DNA of 61,128 bases, from positions 1 to 61,128 of IMG/VR virus record IMGVR_UViG_3300030451_002095, one strand, 5' to 3'. Positions 43,052 to 53,480 of the stretch are shown here, piece by piece. How positions within the stretch are numbered: the first letter of the stretch is position 1; the number at the start of each line of letters is the position of its first letter. Under the pieces are notes generated by a model. That model worked only from the letters and a program-made list of their open reading frames with translations, was not told the DNA's origin and searched no databases. Position numbers and translations under genes: made by a program. Source of the DNA: a virus (taxonomy: Duplodnaviria; Caudoviricetes).

Positions 43052-45275
43052 GTTATACACAGAGCTAAAGGGAATTATACCTAAAGCGGTTTTGTCTAAT
43101 AAAAACAGAGCAAAAAGTTGGTTGTATGGTTATAATGAAAAATACGATATAGTTATTATTTCTAAAACAGGGGAGATAGAAAATGTTATAGATATTAATG
43201 GATTAAAAATAGCTCTTCCTAAACCTCCTAAAAATATTTACACCAGATCAAAAGAAAAAAAAGAACAATATTGGGAACCTTCTCTTTTGCCGAAAGAGTT
43301 AAGTAAAATTAAATCTATATTTCAATGGCACGAAACTCCTAATAATTTTAAATCACAATGGGTTGATTATATTGAAAAAGAGTTTGATTATAGAGAGCAA
43401 GGATTCTGGTTTATGAATAATGGAAAACCTACATACATTACCGGAACCCATTATATGTATTTACAGTGGACTAAAATAGATGTTGGACATCCTGATTTTC
43501 GAGAGGCTAATAGAATATTTTATATTTTTTGGGAAGCGTGTAAGGCGGATAAAAGAAGTTTTGGAATGTGTTATTTGAAAATCAGAAGGTCAGGTTTTTC
43601 TTTTATGAGTTCTTGCGAAGGAGTTAATCAAGCTACTATTACTAAAGACGCTCGTATAGGCATATTATCTAAAACAGGTTCTGATGCTAAAAAAATGTTT
43701 ACAGACAAAGTTGTCCCTATATCTAACAACTATCCTTTCTTTTTTAAACCTATACAAGATGGTATGGATAAACCTAAAACAGAATTAGCGTATAGAGTTC
43801 CAGCTTCTAAGATTACTAAAAAAAATATGCACAAGCTTTCTGATGAAGAGCTGGAAGGTTTAGACACTACTATAGATTGGAAAAATACAGGAGACAATAG
43901 TTATGATGGAGAAAAATTACAATTACTATTACATGATGAAAGTGGTAAATGGGAGAAGCCTGATAACATATTAAACAACTGGAGGGTAACTAAGACTTGC
44001 TTGCGATTGGGTAGTAAAATTATAGGCAAGTGTATGATGGGATCAACTTCTAACGCTTTAGACAAAGGGGGTGGTAATTTTAAAAAATTATATGAAGACT
44101 CTTTGCCTTCTGAAAGAAATGCTAACGGACAGACTAAAAGCGGTTTATATTGTTTATTTATTCCTATGGAATGGAACTTTGAAGGATATATTGATAAGTA
44201 TGGTATGCCTGTTTTAGACAACCCTGTTAAACCTATAGAAGGTATAGATGGAGAGTTTATTAGTGTAGGCGCTATAAATTATTGGGAAAACGAAGTGTCC
44301 TCTTTAAAGCAAGACCCAGATGCTTTAAATGAATTTTATAGACAGTTTCCTCGTACTGAGTCTCACGCTTTTAGGGATGAAAGTAAACAAGCTTTGTTTA
44401 ATTTAACTAAAATTTATCAGCAGATAGATTACAACGATTCTCTTATTATGGATCATCATTTAACGAGAGGTTCTTTTTCGTGGGAAAACGGAATTAAAGA
44501 TTCTAAAGTAATCTGGAACCCTAATAGAAACGGAAGGTTTTTGGTAAGCTGGACTCCGCCTAAACATTTACAAAACAATATTGTTACCGAAAGAGGAATG
44601 AAAAAACCTGGCAACGAACATATAGGTTCTTTTGGTTGTGACTCTTACGATATATCGGGAGTTGTAGTAGGAAAAGGATCTAATGGAGCGCTGCATGGTA
44701 TGACAAAATTTAACATGGAAGAAGCTCCGAGTAATGAGTTTTTTTTAGAATATATAGCCAGACCTCAGACTGCTGAAATATTTTTTGAAGAAGTTTTAAT
44801 GGCTTGTGTGTTTTATGGGATGCCTATATTGTGTGAAAATAATAAACCCAGACTTTTATATCATTTTAAAAATAGAGGATACAGAGGTTTTTCTTTGAAC
44901 AGACCAGATAAAACTTATAATAAATTATCTAAAACCGAAAGAGAGTTAGGGGGCATTCCTAATACTTCGGAAGACGTAAAACAATCCCACGCTTCCGCAA
45001 TAGAATCATACATAGAAAAACATGTGGGTATTGATTTTAATGGAGACTATAGAGACTCTGGAGACATGGGGACAATGTATTTTCAGAGAACCTTAGAGGA
45101 TTGGGCTAAGTTTGATATAAATAACAGGACTAAATTTGATGCTGCTATTAGTTCTGGACTCGCTGTTATGGCCAATCAAAAACACTTATATACACCATCT
45201 AAACAAAAATCAAAAATAAGTATTAACTTTGCAAGATATAACAATACCAGTACATTAAGCCGAATAATCCGATGA
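43029..45275 (+). CDS. terL: Terminase large subunit
   Basis: KIRRSGFS Walker A variant, LLLHDESGKW Walker B, GSTSN, RQFPRT, GCDSYD nuclease motif. Confidence 0.9.
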   Translation: MQNQGQNKLYTELKGIIPKAVLSNKNRAKSWLYGYNEKYDIVIISKTGEIENVIDINGLKIALPKPPKNIYTRSKEKKEQYWEPSLLPKELSKIKSIFQWHETPNNFKSQWVDYIEKEFDYREQGFWFMNNGKPTYITGTHYMYLQWTKIDVGHPDFREANRIFYIFWEACKADKRSFGMCYLKIRRSGFSFMSSCEGVNQATITKDARIGILSKTGSDAKKMFTDKVVPISNNYPFFFKPIQDGMDKPKTELAYRVPASKITKKNMHKLSDEELEGLDTTIDWKNTGDNSYDGEKLQLLLHDESGKWEKPDNILNNWRVTKTCLRLGSKIIGKCMMGSTSNALDKGGGNFKKLYEDSLPSERNANGQTKSGLYCLFIPMEWNFEGYIDKYGMPVLDNPVKPIEGIDGEFISVGAINYWENEVSSLKQDPDALNEFYRQFPRTESHAFRDESKQALFNLTKIYQQIDYNDSLIMDHHLTRGSFSWENGIKDSKVIWNPNRNGRFLVSWTPPKHLQNNIVTERGMKKPGNEHIGSFGCDSYDISGVVVGKGSNGALHGMTKFNMEEAPSNEFFLEYIARPQTAEIFFEEVLMACVFYGMPILCENNKPRLLYHFKNRGYRGFSLNRPDKTYNKLSKTERELGGIPNTSEDVKQSHASAIESYIEKHVGIDFNGDYRDSGDMGTMYFQRTLEDWAKFDINNRTKFDAAISSGLAVMANQKHLYTPSKQKSKISINFARYNNTSTLSRIIR

Positions 45276-47707
45276 GAGACGTAAAAATAGACATAAATAA
45301 AGCTGCATTTCCAGACCAGTTTGTTTCTGATAAAGAAAAGAAAACTGACCAGTTTGGTTTGCAAGTAGGACAAGCAATACAATATGAATGGTTTAGAAAA
45401 GATGGATACAATTGTAGATTTTATAATCAGTGGGCAGAATTTCACAGATTAAGACTGTATGCTCGAGGCGAGCAATCTATAGCTAAATATAAAGACGAGC
45501 TGTCTGTAGACGGTGATTTATCTTATCTTAATTTAGACTGGACTCCAGTTCCTATTATTCCAAAGTTTGTAGACATTGTAGTAAACGGAATGTCGGATAG
45601 ACTTTTCGATGTTAAATGCGTAGCAATGGATGCTATGTCAGCAGAAAAAAGAAATTCTTTTCAAAGAGATGTAGAAAAAAATGTTCAAGCTAAAGATTTG
45701 TTTTTACAAATAGAAAAAGACTTTCAGGTTCCTATGTTCACTCAAGGACCAAAAAATTTACCTGAGACAGACACGGAAATGGAGTTGTATATGCAGCTGA
45801 ATTATAAACCAGGTATAGAAATAGCTAACGAAATTGCTATCAACACTATGCTTAAAGAAAATCATTACGAGGATATTCGAAAAAGAGTTGATAGAGATAT
45901 AACAACTTTAGGTATTGGTATATGTAAGCATAGTTTTCAACAAGGAGACGGTATAAGAGTGGAGTATGTGGATCCGGCTAACGTAGTATACAGTTATACA
46001 GAGGACCCGTACTTTAATGATGTGTTTTATTGGGGTGAATTAAAAACAGTTCCAATTGGAGAACTTGTAAAAATAGACCCTGATATAACTAACGAGGAAA
46101 TGGAAGAAATTTCTAAATACAGTCAAGCTTGGTACGATTATTATAATGTTGCGGCTATGTATGAAAACAGTATGTTTTCAAGAGACACTTGCACTTTATT
46201 GTATTTTAATTACAAAACCACTAATAGTTTTGTTTATAAGAAAAAGCAATTAGCTGAAGGAACATTTAAAACTGTACAAAAAGACGATCAATTTAATCCT
46301 CCTCAAGAAATGATGGATGAAGGAAAGTTTGAAAGAGTAGAGAAAAAAATAGATGTGTGGTACGAAGGGGTAATGGTTATGGGAACCAACATTCTTTTAA
46401 AATGGGATATGATGGAAAATATGGTAAGGCCTAATTCCGCTAATCAATATGCTTGGCCGAACTATGTAGCCTGTGCTCCGAAAATTTACAAAGGAACTTA
46501 CGAGTCTTTAGTTAGAAGAATGATTCCTTTTGCAGATTTAATTCAAATGACTCATTTAAAAATACAACAAGTAGTTTCAAAGGTAGTTCCAGATGGAGTG
46601 TTTATAGATGCAGACGGGTTAAGTGAAGTAGATTTAGGAACGGGAGCCGCTTATAATCCAGAAGACGCATTACGTTTATATTTCCAAACAGGTAGTGTAG
46701 TAGGACGTAGTTATACCCAAGATGGAGAATTTAATAATGCTCGACAACCAATAAGCCAGCTTAACTCTAACAGTGGTAATGGTAAAATGCAAATGCTTAT
46801 AGGTAATTATAATCATTATTTAAATATGTTACGACAAGTAACAGGATTAAACGAAGCTCGAGATGCTTCTACTCCTGATCCAAATTCTTTGGTCGGAGTG
46901 CAAAAGCTGGCCGCATTAAATTCTAATGTTGCGACTCGACATATTTTAAAGGCAAGTTTATTTATTACTCAGCGTTTAGCAGAGTGTTTATCTATTAGAA
47001 CAGCTGATGTATTAGAGTATGCAGACTTTAAAGATGAGTTCGCTATGCAAATTGGAAAATATAATTTAGGAATTTTAGAAGAAATTAAAAATTTATATTT
47101 ATATGACTTTGGTATATTTATAGAAATGGCTCCAGACGAAGAACAGAAACAACAATTAGAAGCTAATATACAAATGGCTTTACAGCAAGGAGGAATTGAT
47201 TTAGAAGACGCTATTGATATTAGAACTATTAATAATTTAAAATTAGCCAACCAACTATTAAAGGTAAAAAGAAAGCAGTCTGCCGCAGAAAAACAACAAC
47301 AAGAGCAGCAGAAACAAGCTATGCAAGGACAACAGCAGCAACAACTACAACAACAGGCTGCTCAGTCTAAAATGCAACAAATTCAACAAGAACTTCAAGC
47401 TAAAATTCAAATTAAGCAAGCGGAAATTGCATTTGAAATTGAAAAGCAAAAAAATGAAGCTGATCTAAAACGTAGACTAATGGATGTTGAATTTAACTAC
47501 AACATGCAGTTACGAGGAATGGAACAGTCTCAAATAGACATGAGAGAAGAAAAAAAGGAAAAAGCTAAAGCCGATAGAATAAGCATGGGTAACACTCAGC
47601 AATCTAAAATGATTGAGCAGAGAAAAAGAAACTTACCTCCTTTTAATTTTGAGTCTAATGAAGACAGTTTAGATGGGTTTGATTTAGCGGAATTTGAACC
47701 AAGATAA
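45272..47707 (+). CDS. Portal protein
   Basis: Follows terL; PIIPKFVDIVVNG, EYVDPAN, TGLNEARD and a Q-rich coiled-coil C-terminus. Confidence 0.85.
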   Translation: MRDVKIDINKAAFPDQFVSDKEKKTDQFGLQVGQAIQYEWFRKDGYNCRFYNQWAEFHRLRLYARGEQSIAKYKDELSVDGDLSYLNLDWTPVPIIPKFVDIVVNGMSDRLFDVKCVAMDAMSAEKRNSFQRDVEKNVQAKDLFLQIEKDFQVPMFTQGPKNLPETDTEMELYMQLNYKPGIEIANEIAINTMLKENHYEDIRKRVDRDITTLGIGICKHSFQQGDGIRVEYVDPANVVYSYTEDPYFNDVFYWGELKTVPIGELVKIDPDITNEEMEEISKYSQAWYDYYNVAAMYENSMFSRDTCTLLYFNYKTTNSFVYKKKQLAEGTFKTVQKDDQFNPPQEMMDEGKFERVEKKIDVWYEGVMVMGTNILLKWDMMENMVRPNSANQYAWPNYVACAPKIYKGTYESLVRRMIPFADLIQMTHLKIQQVVSKVVPDGVFIDADGLSEVDLGTGAAYNPEDALRLYFQTGSVVGRSYTQDGEFNNARQPISQLNSNSGNGKMQMLIGNYNHYLNMLRQVTGLNEARDASTPDPNSLVGVQKLAALNSNVATRHILKASLFITQRLAECLSIRTADVLEYADFKDEFAMQIGKYNLGILEEIKNLYLYDFGIFIEMAPDEEQKQQLEANIQMALQQGGIDLEDAIDIRTINNLKLANQLLKVKRKQSAAEKQQQEQQKQAMQGQQQQQLQQQAAQSKMQQIQQELQAKIQIKQAEIAFEIEKQKNEADLKRRLMDVEFNYNMQLRGMEQSQIDMREEKKEKAKADRISMGNTQQSKMIEQRKRNLPPFNFESNEDSLDGFDLAEFEPR

Positions 47708-47736
47708 CTTGCTTAAAAATATAATAAAATTAGTAT

Positions 47737-47744
47737 TAACTTTG
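47737..47744 (+). promoter_or_regulatory. -7 element TAACTTTG
   Basis: Intergenic, upstream of the scaffold gene. Confidence 0.6.
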
Positions 47745-47765
47745 TAAAAATTTAAATTAAATAAA

Positions 47766-48926
47766 ATGGAAGAAAATAAATTTACAGTAAAAGATGTTTC
47801 TGGAGTTGAAAAATCTAAAGCTGAAGTAGAAGAAACTCTACTTAAAGAACATGAAGAAAAATTTGAAACTTCAGAAAGTGACACTAACGTGGAGCGAGTG
47901 GATGCAAGCACTGAAAGTGCCGCTCCCAACACGGAACAAAAAGAAGTACAACCGGAAGGAGAAACACAAGAAAAAACTACCGCATCAGAGTTAAATGATG
48001 CAGACGTTCTTTCATATATTAAAAATAGATACGATAAAGATATCGACTCTGTAGATCAGTTGTTTGAAGAGCAAAAGTCAAACGAAGATTTACCAGAAGA
48101 TGTTGCAGCGTATTTTAAATACAAAAAGGAAACTGGTCGTGGAATTAAAGATTTTGTCGAGTTACAAAAAGATTATAATGAAATGGACGGAGACCAAGTG
48201 CTAACTGCTTATTATGCTACAACTGAAGAAGGTTTAGATAGTGAGGATATTAGAGATATTATGGATGAAAAGTTTTCGTTTGACGAAGAACTGGATGATC
48301 CAAAAGATATTAAGAAAAAGAAGTTAGCTAAAAAAAGAGAACTTGTTAAAGCTAAAAAGTTTTTAATTGAACAACAAGACAAGTATAAAGCTCCTCTTGA
48401 GTCAAGCGGGAGTGGATTGTCAGGAGTTAGTCAAGAAGAACTGGATAGTTATAAAAGTTATGTAGAGGAGTCGAAGACTACTGAAGAGGCTCGTAAAAAA
48501 AGGTATGACTACTTTTTAAATAAAACCAATGAGGTTTTTAACGATGAGTTCAAAGGTTTTGAGTTCAATATCGGAGAAAAGAGTTTTACGTTTAAGCCTG
48601 GTGATAAAGACGAGTTGAGAAGTAAGCAATCTGATGTCAATAATTTTGTAAATAAATACATGGACACTGACAGTGGATTAATGAAAGACGCTCAAGGTTA
48701 TCACAGAGCTATGGCAGTAGCTATGAATTTAGACAAGTTTGCTGAATTTTTTTACAATCAAGGAATGACCGCAGCTGTAGATGATGTTTCTAAAAAATCA
48801 AAAAACATTAATATGGACATGCGTAAAACTCCCCAAACATTCAGTAAAGACGGTTTAAAAATTAGAGCTATTGGAGACAAGAGTAGTGGACGAGGACTTA
48901 AAATTAAAAGTATAAAAAGAGTATAA
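47766..48926 (+). CDS. Capsid scaffolding-like protein
   Basis: Acidic, helical; between portal and capsid genes. Confidence 0.65.
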   Translation: MEENKFTVKDVSGVEKSKAEVEETLLKEHEEKFETSESDTNVERVDASTESAAPNTEQKEVQPEGETQEKTTASELNDADVLSYIKNRYDKDIDSVDQLFEEQKSNEDLPEDVAAYFKYKKETGRGIKDFVELQKDYNEMDGDQVLTAYYATTEEGLDSEDIRDIMDEKFSFDEELDDPKDIKKKKLAKKRELVKAKKFLIEQQDKYKAPLESSGSGLSGVSQEELDSYKSYVEESKTTEEARKKRYDYFLNKTNEVFNDEFKGFEFNIGEKSFTFKPGDKDELRSKQSDVNNFVNKYMDTDSGLMKDAQGYHRAMAVAMNLDKFAEFFYNQGMTAAVDDVSKKSKNINMDMRKTPQTFSKDGLKIRAIGDKSSGRGLKIKSIKRV

Positions 48927-48944
48927 ACTAAAAAAATTTAAAAA

Positions 48945-50390
48945 ATGTCAGTATTAGGAACACCGGGCTTTGACTTGCAGCCAAGTGCACAGCAAGTAGC
49001 CTTAGCATCAAACTACCTAACTAACTTTGACTTTTTGAATCAGTATCTTCCTGATACTTATGAAAAAGAGTTTGAGCGTTATGGTAACAGAACAGTAGCG
49101 TCATTCTTAAGAATGGTAGGCGCTGAAATGCCTTCAAATTCAGACCTTATCAAATGGGCTGAGCAAGGAAGGTTACACACTAAATATACAGCATGTACGT
49201 CTGCGGCAATAGCAGGATCTAACACTGCTGTTTGGACTATTCCAACAGCTCAAGTTAATCCAGCTTCTCCACCAGCTTCATCTGCACCAGCAAATGGTTT
49301 TGCAGCAATCAGAGTAGGTCAAACTGTAATGATTTCTGACGAAACTGCGGGTTCAACTTTAAGTAACAAAGCAATTGTAACAGCGGTTTCTGGAGCAGGA
49401 GCGCCATTTACAATTACTGTAGCTTATTACGAGGCAGCTGGTCAAGCAATGGCTAACGCTACAAATAGTAGTATATTTATTTACGGGTCGGAGTTTGCTA
49501 AAGGACAAGCAGGTATGCAGGGTTCTTTAGAGTCTCAAGACTTTATATTCGAAAACTCTCCAATCATCATTAAAGACACTTACGAAGTAAGCGGTTCTGA
49601 TATGGCTCAAATTGGTTGGATTGAAGTTACAACTGAAAACGGAGCTTCAGGGTACTTATGGTACTTAAAGTCTGAGCACGAAACAAGACTTCGTTTTGAG
49701 GACTATTTAGAAACTGCAATGGTTGAGGCAGTTCCAGCAGAGGCTGGTTCTGGTGCAGCTGCTGCTGTAGCTCCAGTAGGAAACAAAGGTTCTGAAGGAG
49801 TTTTCTATGTAGTAAACACAAGAGGAAATGTATGGAGTGGTGGTAACCCAGTTGCTCTTGCAGGTTTTGATTCAGTAATCCAAAGATTAGATAAGCAAGG
49901 ATCTATTGAAGAAAATGTTCTTTTTGTAAACAGAGACTTCTCGTTTGATATTGACGATATGTTGGCTGCTCAAAACTCTTATGGAGCGGGTGGTACTTCG
50001 TATGGTTTATTTGATAATGATGAAGAAATGGCTCTAAACTTAGGATTCACAGGATTCCGTAGAGGTTATGACTTCTATAAGCAAGACTGGAAATACTTAA
50101 ACGATCCTACTATGAGAGGTGGTTTAACTGGTGGTGCAATCAATGGACTTATGGTTCCAGCTGGTTCTACTACAGTTTATGACCAAATCTTAGGTAAGAA
50201 CGCTAAGCGTCCATTCTTACATGTTAGATATAGAGCTTCTGAAACTGAAGATAGACGTTACAAAACTTGGATCACTGGTTCTGCTGGTGGAGCAAGAACG
50301 TCTGATATAGACAAAATGCAAGTTAACTTCTTATCTGAAAGAGCTGTATGTACTTTAGGTGCAAACAACTTCTTCTTATTTAGAGATTAA
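48945..50390 (+). CDS. Major capsid protein
   Basis: Position; KWAEQGRLH, PIIIKDTYEVSGSD, FLSERAVCTLGANNF; strong terminator follows. Confidence 0.85.
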   Translation: MSVLGTPGFDLQPSAQQVALASNYLTNFDFLNQYLPDTYEKEFERYGNRTVASFLRMVGAEMPSNSDLIKWAEQGRLHTKYTACTSAAIAGSNTAVWTIPTAQVNPASPPASSAPANGFAAIRVGQTVMISDETAGSTLSNKAIVTAVSGAGAPFTITVAYYEAAGQAMANATNSSIFIYGSEFAKGQAGMQGSLESQDFIFENSPIIIKDTYEVSGSDMAQIGWIEVTTENGASGYLWYLKSEHETRLRFEDYLETAMVEAVPAEAGSGAAAAVAPVGNKGSEGVFYVVNTRGNVWSGGNPVALAGFDSVIQRLDKQGSIEENVLFVNRDFSFDIDDMLAAQNSYGAGGTSYGLFDNDEEMALNLGFTGFRRGYDFYKQDWKYLNDPTMRGGLTGGAINGLMVPAGSTTVYDQILGKNAKRPFLHVRYRASETEDRRYKTWITGSAGGARTSDIDKMQVNFLSERAVCTLGANNFFLFRD

Positions 50391-50406
50391 TAAGCGCAAT
50401 TAATTT

Positions 50407-50437
50407 AGGGGAGGGCTAAACTCCTCCCCTTTTTTTT
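50407..50437 (+). terminator. Rho-independent terminator
   Basis: aggggagg...cctcccct plus T run. Confidence 0.85.
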
Positions 50438-50460
50438 AACTTTAATTAAATTATAATAAA

Positions 50461-51261
50461 ATGAAAAAGAGAAAAAAAGGAACACCTGTTGCTAAACAGT
50501 ATAGATTAAAATCAGACGCAGCGCCATTGGCTTTTATGTTAGCGTCTCACCACAACAAAAGAACCCCATTACTTTATTTTGACGAAGAGTTAGGAGCTAA
50601 CCGAGCTTTACGTTATGCAAGAAACCAAAAAAGTCCGTTTGAAGACGAGCAAGATGGTAACGCTATTTTAGAACCTATTGTTTTTGAAGATGGATTTTTA
50701 AATGTTGAAAGAGGAAATCAAGTTTTACAAGAATTTTTATATTATCATCCACAAAACGGGCAAACTTTTGAGGAGGTAAATAATGAGGTGGATGCTACTG
50801 AAGAGTTAGAAATCGAAGAATTAATTTTAGATGCTCAGATTTTAGCAAAAGATTTAGATATTTCTACATTAGAAAGTTTATCCAGAGTTTTATTTGGAGC
50901 TGGATCGGACAGAAAAAGTACAGCTGAACTTCGTAGAGACATGTTGGTGTTTTCACGAAACAATCCTGCCGAGTTTATTGATATGCTTAACGACCCTTCA
51001 CTTCAGGTTTATGATGACGTGGCTAAGTTTTTTGGAGCAAGTTTATTAGTAGTTAAAAATAAAAACAGAGATGTTTATTTTAACCTTTCGACAAATAAAA
51101 CAAAACTTTTAACGGTGCCTTTTGGAGAAGATCCAGAAGATATTATCGCTTCTTATATGCAAACCGATGAGGGTATTGAAACTTACAAACTCCTTAATCG
51201 TATTTTAAAGGGAGATGATAAACCGAAGACTAAAAAGAAAAACAAGTCTACGGAAGAGTAG
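50461..51261 (+). CDS. Conserved head-module protein
   Basis: RALRYARNQKSPFEDEQ...IVFEDGFL...FLYYHP; follows the capsid gene. Confidence 0.65.
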   Translation: MKKRKKGTPVAKQYRLKSDAAPLAFMLASHHNKRTPLLYFDEELGANRALRYARNQKSPFEDEQDGNAILEPIVFEDGFLNVERGNQVLQEFLYYHPQNGQTFEEVNNEVDATEELEIEELILDAQILAKDLDISTLESLSRVLFGAGSDRKSTAELRRDMLVFSRNNPAEFIDMLNDPSLQVYDDVAKFFGASLLVVKNKNRDVYFNLSTNKTKLLTVPFGEDPEDIIASYMQTDEGIETYKLLNRILKGDDKPKTKKKNKSTEE

Positions 51262-51266
51262 TAAAT

Positions 51267-51304
51267 AAAGCACCTATAACGGGTGCTTTTTTTTTGTATC
51301 TTTG
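51267..51304 (+). terminator. Terminator followed directly by promoter element TATCTTTG (51297-51304)
   Basis: aaagcacc...ggtgcttt plus T run. Confidence 0.8.
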
Positions 51305-51334
51305 CACTTTATTAACCCATTAAAATTATTAACT

Positions 51335-51634
51335 ATGGACAAATTTTTAGACACTCCTGTTACGGGAGAAACACCAATGTTAGTTAGCTGTTCTGATGTA
51401 ATTGCGGTACAAATCGGAGATACAGGAGGAGTAGCATCTAACCCAACAACATGTACTACTGTTTTTTACAATAGTGGTAACACGGTAACATTAACTCATG
51501 CTGCGGTATCTACTACTTTAGAAATGAGAGACTCAGTTCAAAACGCGATGGAGGAAGCTTTAAAAACTTCTTGGACGGATGTTGCATTTGCATACGTTCC
51601 TTCTAAAGCGGTATCAGCAATAGCTGTAGCCTAA
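51335..51634 (+). CDS. Small virion protein (start re-called at ATG 51335)
   Basis: The TTG at 51302 lies inside the promoter; MDKFLDTPV is more plausible. Confidence 0.6.
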   Translation: MDKFLDTPVTGETPMLVSCSDVIAVQIGDTGGVASNPTTCTTVFYNSGNTVTLTHAAVSTTLEMRDSVQNAMEEALKTSWTDVAFAYVPSKAVSAIAVA

Positions 51635-51639
51635 GTAAA

Positions 51640-52440
51640 ATGTATAGATATATTAATTTACCAGTACAAATGTACCCAAGCTCTACCGCAACAAATGCAG
51701 CTGCTGTAGACTCAGGTACAACCGATGCGGCTACTACAGGAAAACTTACACAGTCAGGCCAAAACTTTTTAACTACGGTTAATGTTGGAGATTATGCTGT
51801 TATTACTACAGGTATTGCAGGTTATCCAGTAAGAAGCTGGGCTTTAATAACTGCGGTAGATAGTGATACTGTTTTAAGTATTTCTGGACCAGGGGCTTCG
51901 GCTACAAGTGCAGAAGGTTTATCAGCAAGTGGTACTGCTTATGATATTATAGCGGCAGCTGATGCTTCTAAAGTTGTATTGTCAGGAGCAAAGTTTACAG
52001 AAAACGTTTCAGTAGGAGACACAGTGTGTTGTACGACTGCGGGAGCAATTAAAAACTTTACTGTAGCTAAAGTTGTAGATGACACTACTCTTATGTTAGC
52101 AGGAACGAATTTTGGAATCATTAATGGAGACACTTTTTTTATTTTAAGTGATAAAGGAGACCATGGAGCTACAAAAGTTCGTTTAGACAACGCGACTGAA
52201 ATTAGAGGAAACGCTGCTGATGGAGAGGTAACGATTCATTATAAAAGAGGAGCTACCAGTCAAAAATTAGCTATTGCTATGGGAGACAGCGTAACTGACG
52301 ATGCTTACTTTATTAAATTTAAAGAGGTAGCATTAGAAATTATGAAGTCTGATTGGAAGACTAATTCTGGCACAATGCCTTTAACAGTATCAAGCGGTAC
52401 TCAGGGTATTCAGTGGGCTGGAACATTTACTTTCTCATAA
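51640..52440 (+). CDS. Virion structural/decoration protein with two inserted beta domains
   Basis: NFLTTVNVGD...AVDSDTVL and KFTENVSVGD...VVDDTTL repeats. Confidence 0.6.
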   Translation: MYRYINLPVQMYPSSTATNAAAVDSGTTDAATTGKLTQSGQNFLTTVNVGDYAVITTGIAGYPVRSWALITAVDSDTVLSISGPGASATSAEGLSASGTAYDIIAAADASKVVLSGAKFTENVSVGDTVCCTTAGAIKNFTVAKVVDDTTLMLAGTNFGIINGDTFFILSDKGDHGATKVRLDNATEIRGNAADGEVTIHYKRGATSQKLAIAMGDSVTDDAYFIKFKEVALEIMKSDWKTNSGTMPLTVSSGTQGIQWAGTFTFS

Positions 52441-52460
52441 GCTTAACTATGTTTTAAAAG

Positions 52461-52506
52461 AGAGGTTTACAAAAAAATGTAAGCCTCTTTTTTTTTATTA
52501 TCTTTG
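52461..52506 (+). terminator. Terminator followed directly by promoter element TATCTTTG (52499-52506)
   Basis: agaggtttac...gtaagcctct plus T run. Confidence 0.8.
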
Positions 52507-52524
52507 TAAAAATCTTTATAAAGA

Positions 52525-53478
52525 ATGGCAGCATCTATAAATGAAGTTAGAAATACAGTATTAGCTATTGCTAATAAAAATAATTACGGATATATATCTC
52601 CTCAAGATTTTAATCTTTATGCTAAACAGGCGCAGTTAGATATGTTTGAAGATTATTTTTATGCGTACAATAGTTGGATTAATAAACAAAATTCCAGAAT
52701 GTCTGGAACAGGGTATGCAGATATAATAAAAGGACTGGAAGAAGTTATGGATACTTTTTCTGTACAGCTTTTTTTACCTCAGGTAAATCAAAATGTATTT
52801 TCTTTACCTAATGATTATTATTTAATAAATAAATTATATTATTATTCTGATCCTTTATTTACAGGTACAGCCACAGCGGTTGTAGCTAATCAATTAGTTG
52901 ATGCGGCAGCTGTAGGGTGGACTACTATTCCTGCTTCGGCCCCTACACCCCCTATAGGTAGTATCGTAGTAAACACCACTACTTTACAAGAAGCTTTTGT
53001 TACAGGAGTACTCAGTGGAACAGCAATAACTTTAAGTGCGGATATATTTGGAGTTATAGGGGAAGATTATGTTATTTATAATAATAGTAAAATAAAAGAA
53101 GTAGAAAGAGTTACTCAAAGTAAAATATTTTATTTAACCAACTCTATGTTAACGTCTCCAACTAAAAGCTTTCCAGCTTATGTCTTAGACGGTAATAATA
53201 TAACAGTGTACCCTACAAGTATAAGACAAAGGGCTGCTGTCAGAACACAATATATTCGTTACCCTTTAACACCGAGATGGACGTGGCAAAACTTACAATT
53301 AGGAGAGCCTCAGTTTGATCCTACTCAGGCTGATTTTCAAGAGTTTGAGTTGCCTGATTCAGATGAGCCTACATTAATTGCTAAAATATGTCAATATGTA
53401 GGTATTGAGATTAGAGAAGCAGAAGTATATAATTTTGGGAAACAAGAAGAGACTAACGAAATACAAGAAAGCAGTTAA
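52525..53478 (+). CDS. Tail ring/adaptor protein
   Basis: NKNNYGYISPQDFNLYAKQAQ, YIRYPLTPRW, FELP; position before the nozzle gene. Confidence 0.65.
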   Translation: MAASINEVRNTVLAIANKNNYGYISPQDFNLYAKQAQLDMFEDYFYAYNSWINKQNSRMSGTGYADIIKGLEEVMDTFSVQLFLPQVNQNVFSLPNDYYLINKLYYYSDPLFTGTATAVVANQLVDAAAVGWTTIPASAPTPPIGSIVVNTTTLQEAFVTGVLSGTAITLSADIFGVIGEDYVIYNNSKIKEVERVTQSKIFYLTNSMLTSPTKSFPAYVLDGNNITVYPTSIRQRAAVRTQYIRYPLTPRWTWQNLQLGEPQFDPTQADFQEFELPDSDEPTLIAKICQYVGIEIREAEVYNFGKQEETNEIQESS

Positions 53479-53480
53479 TT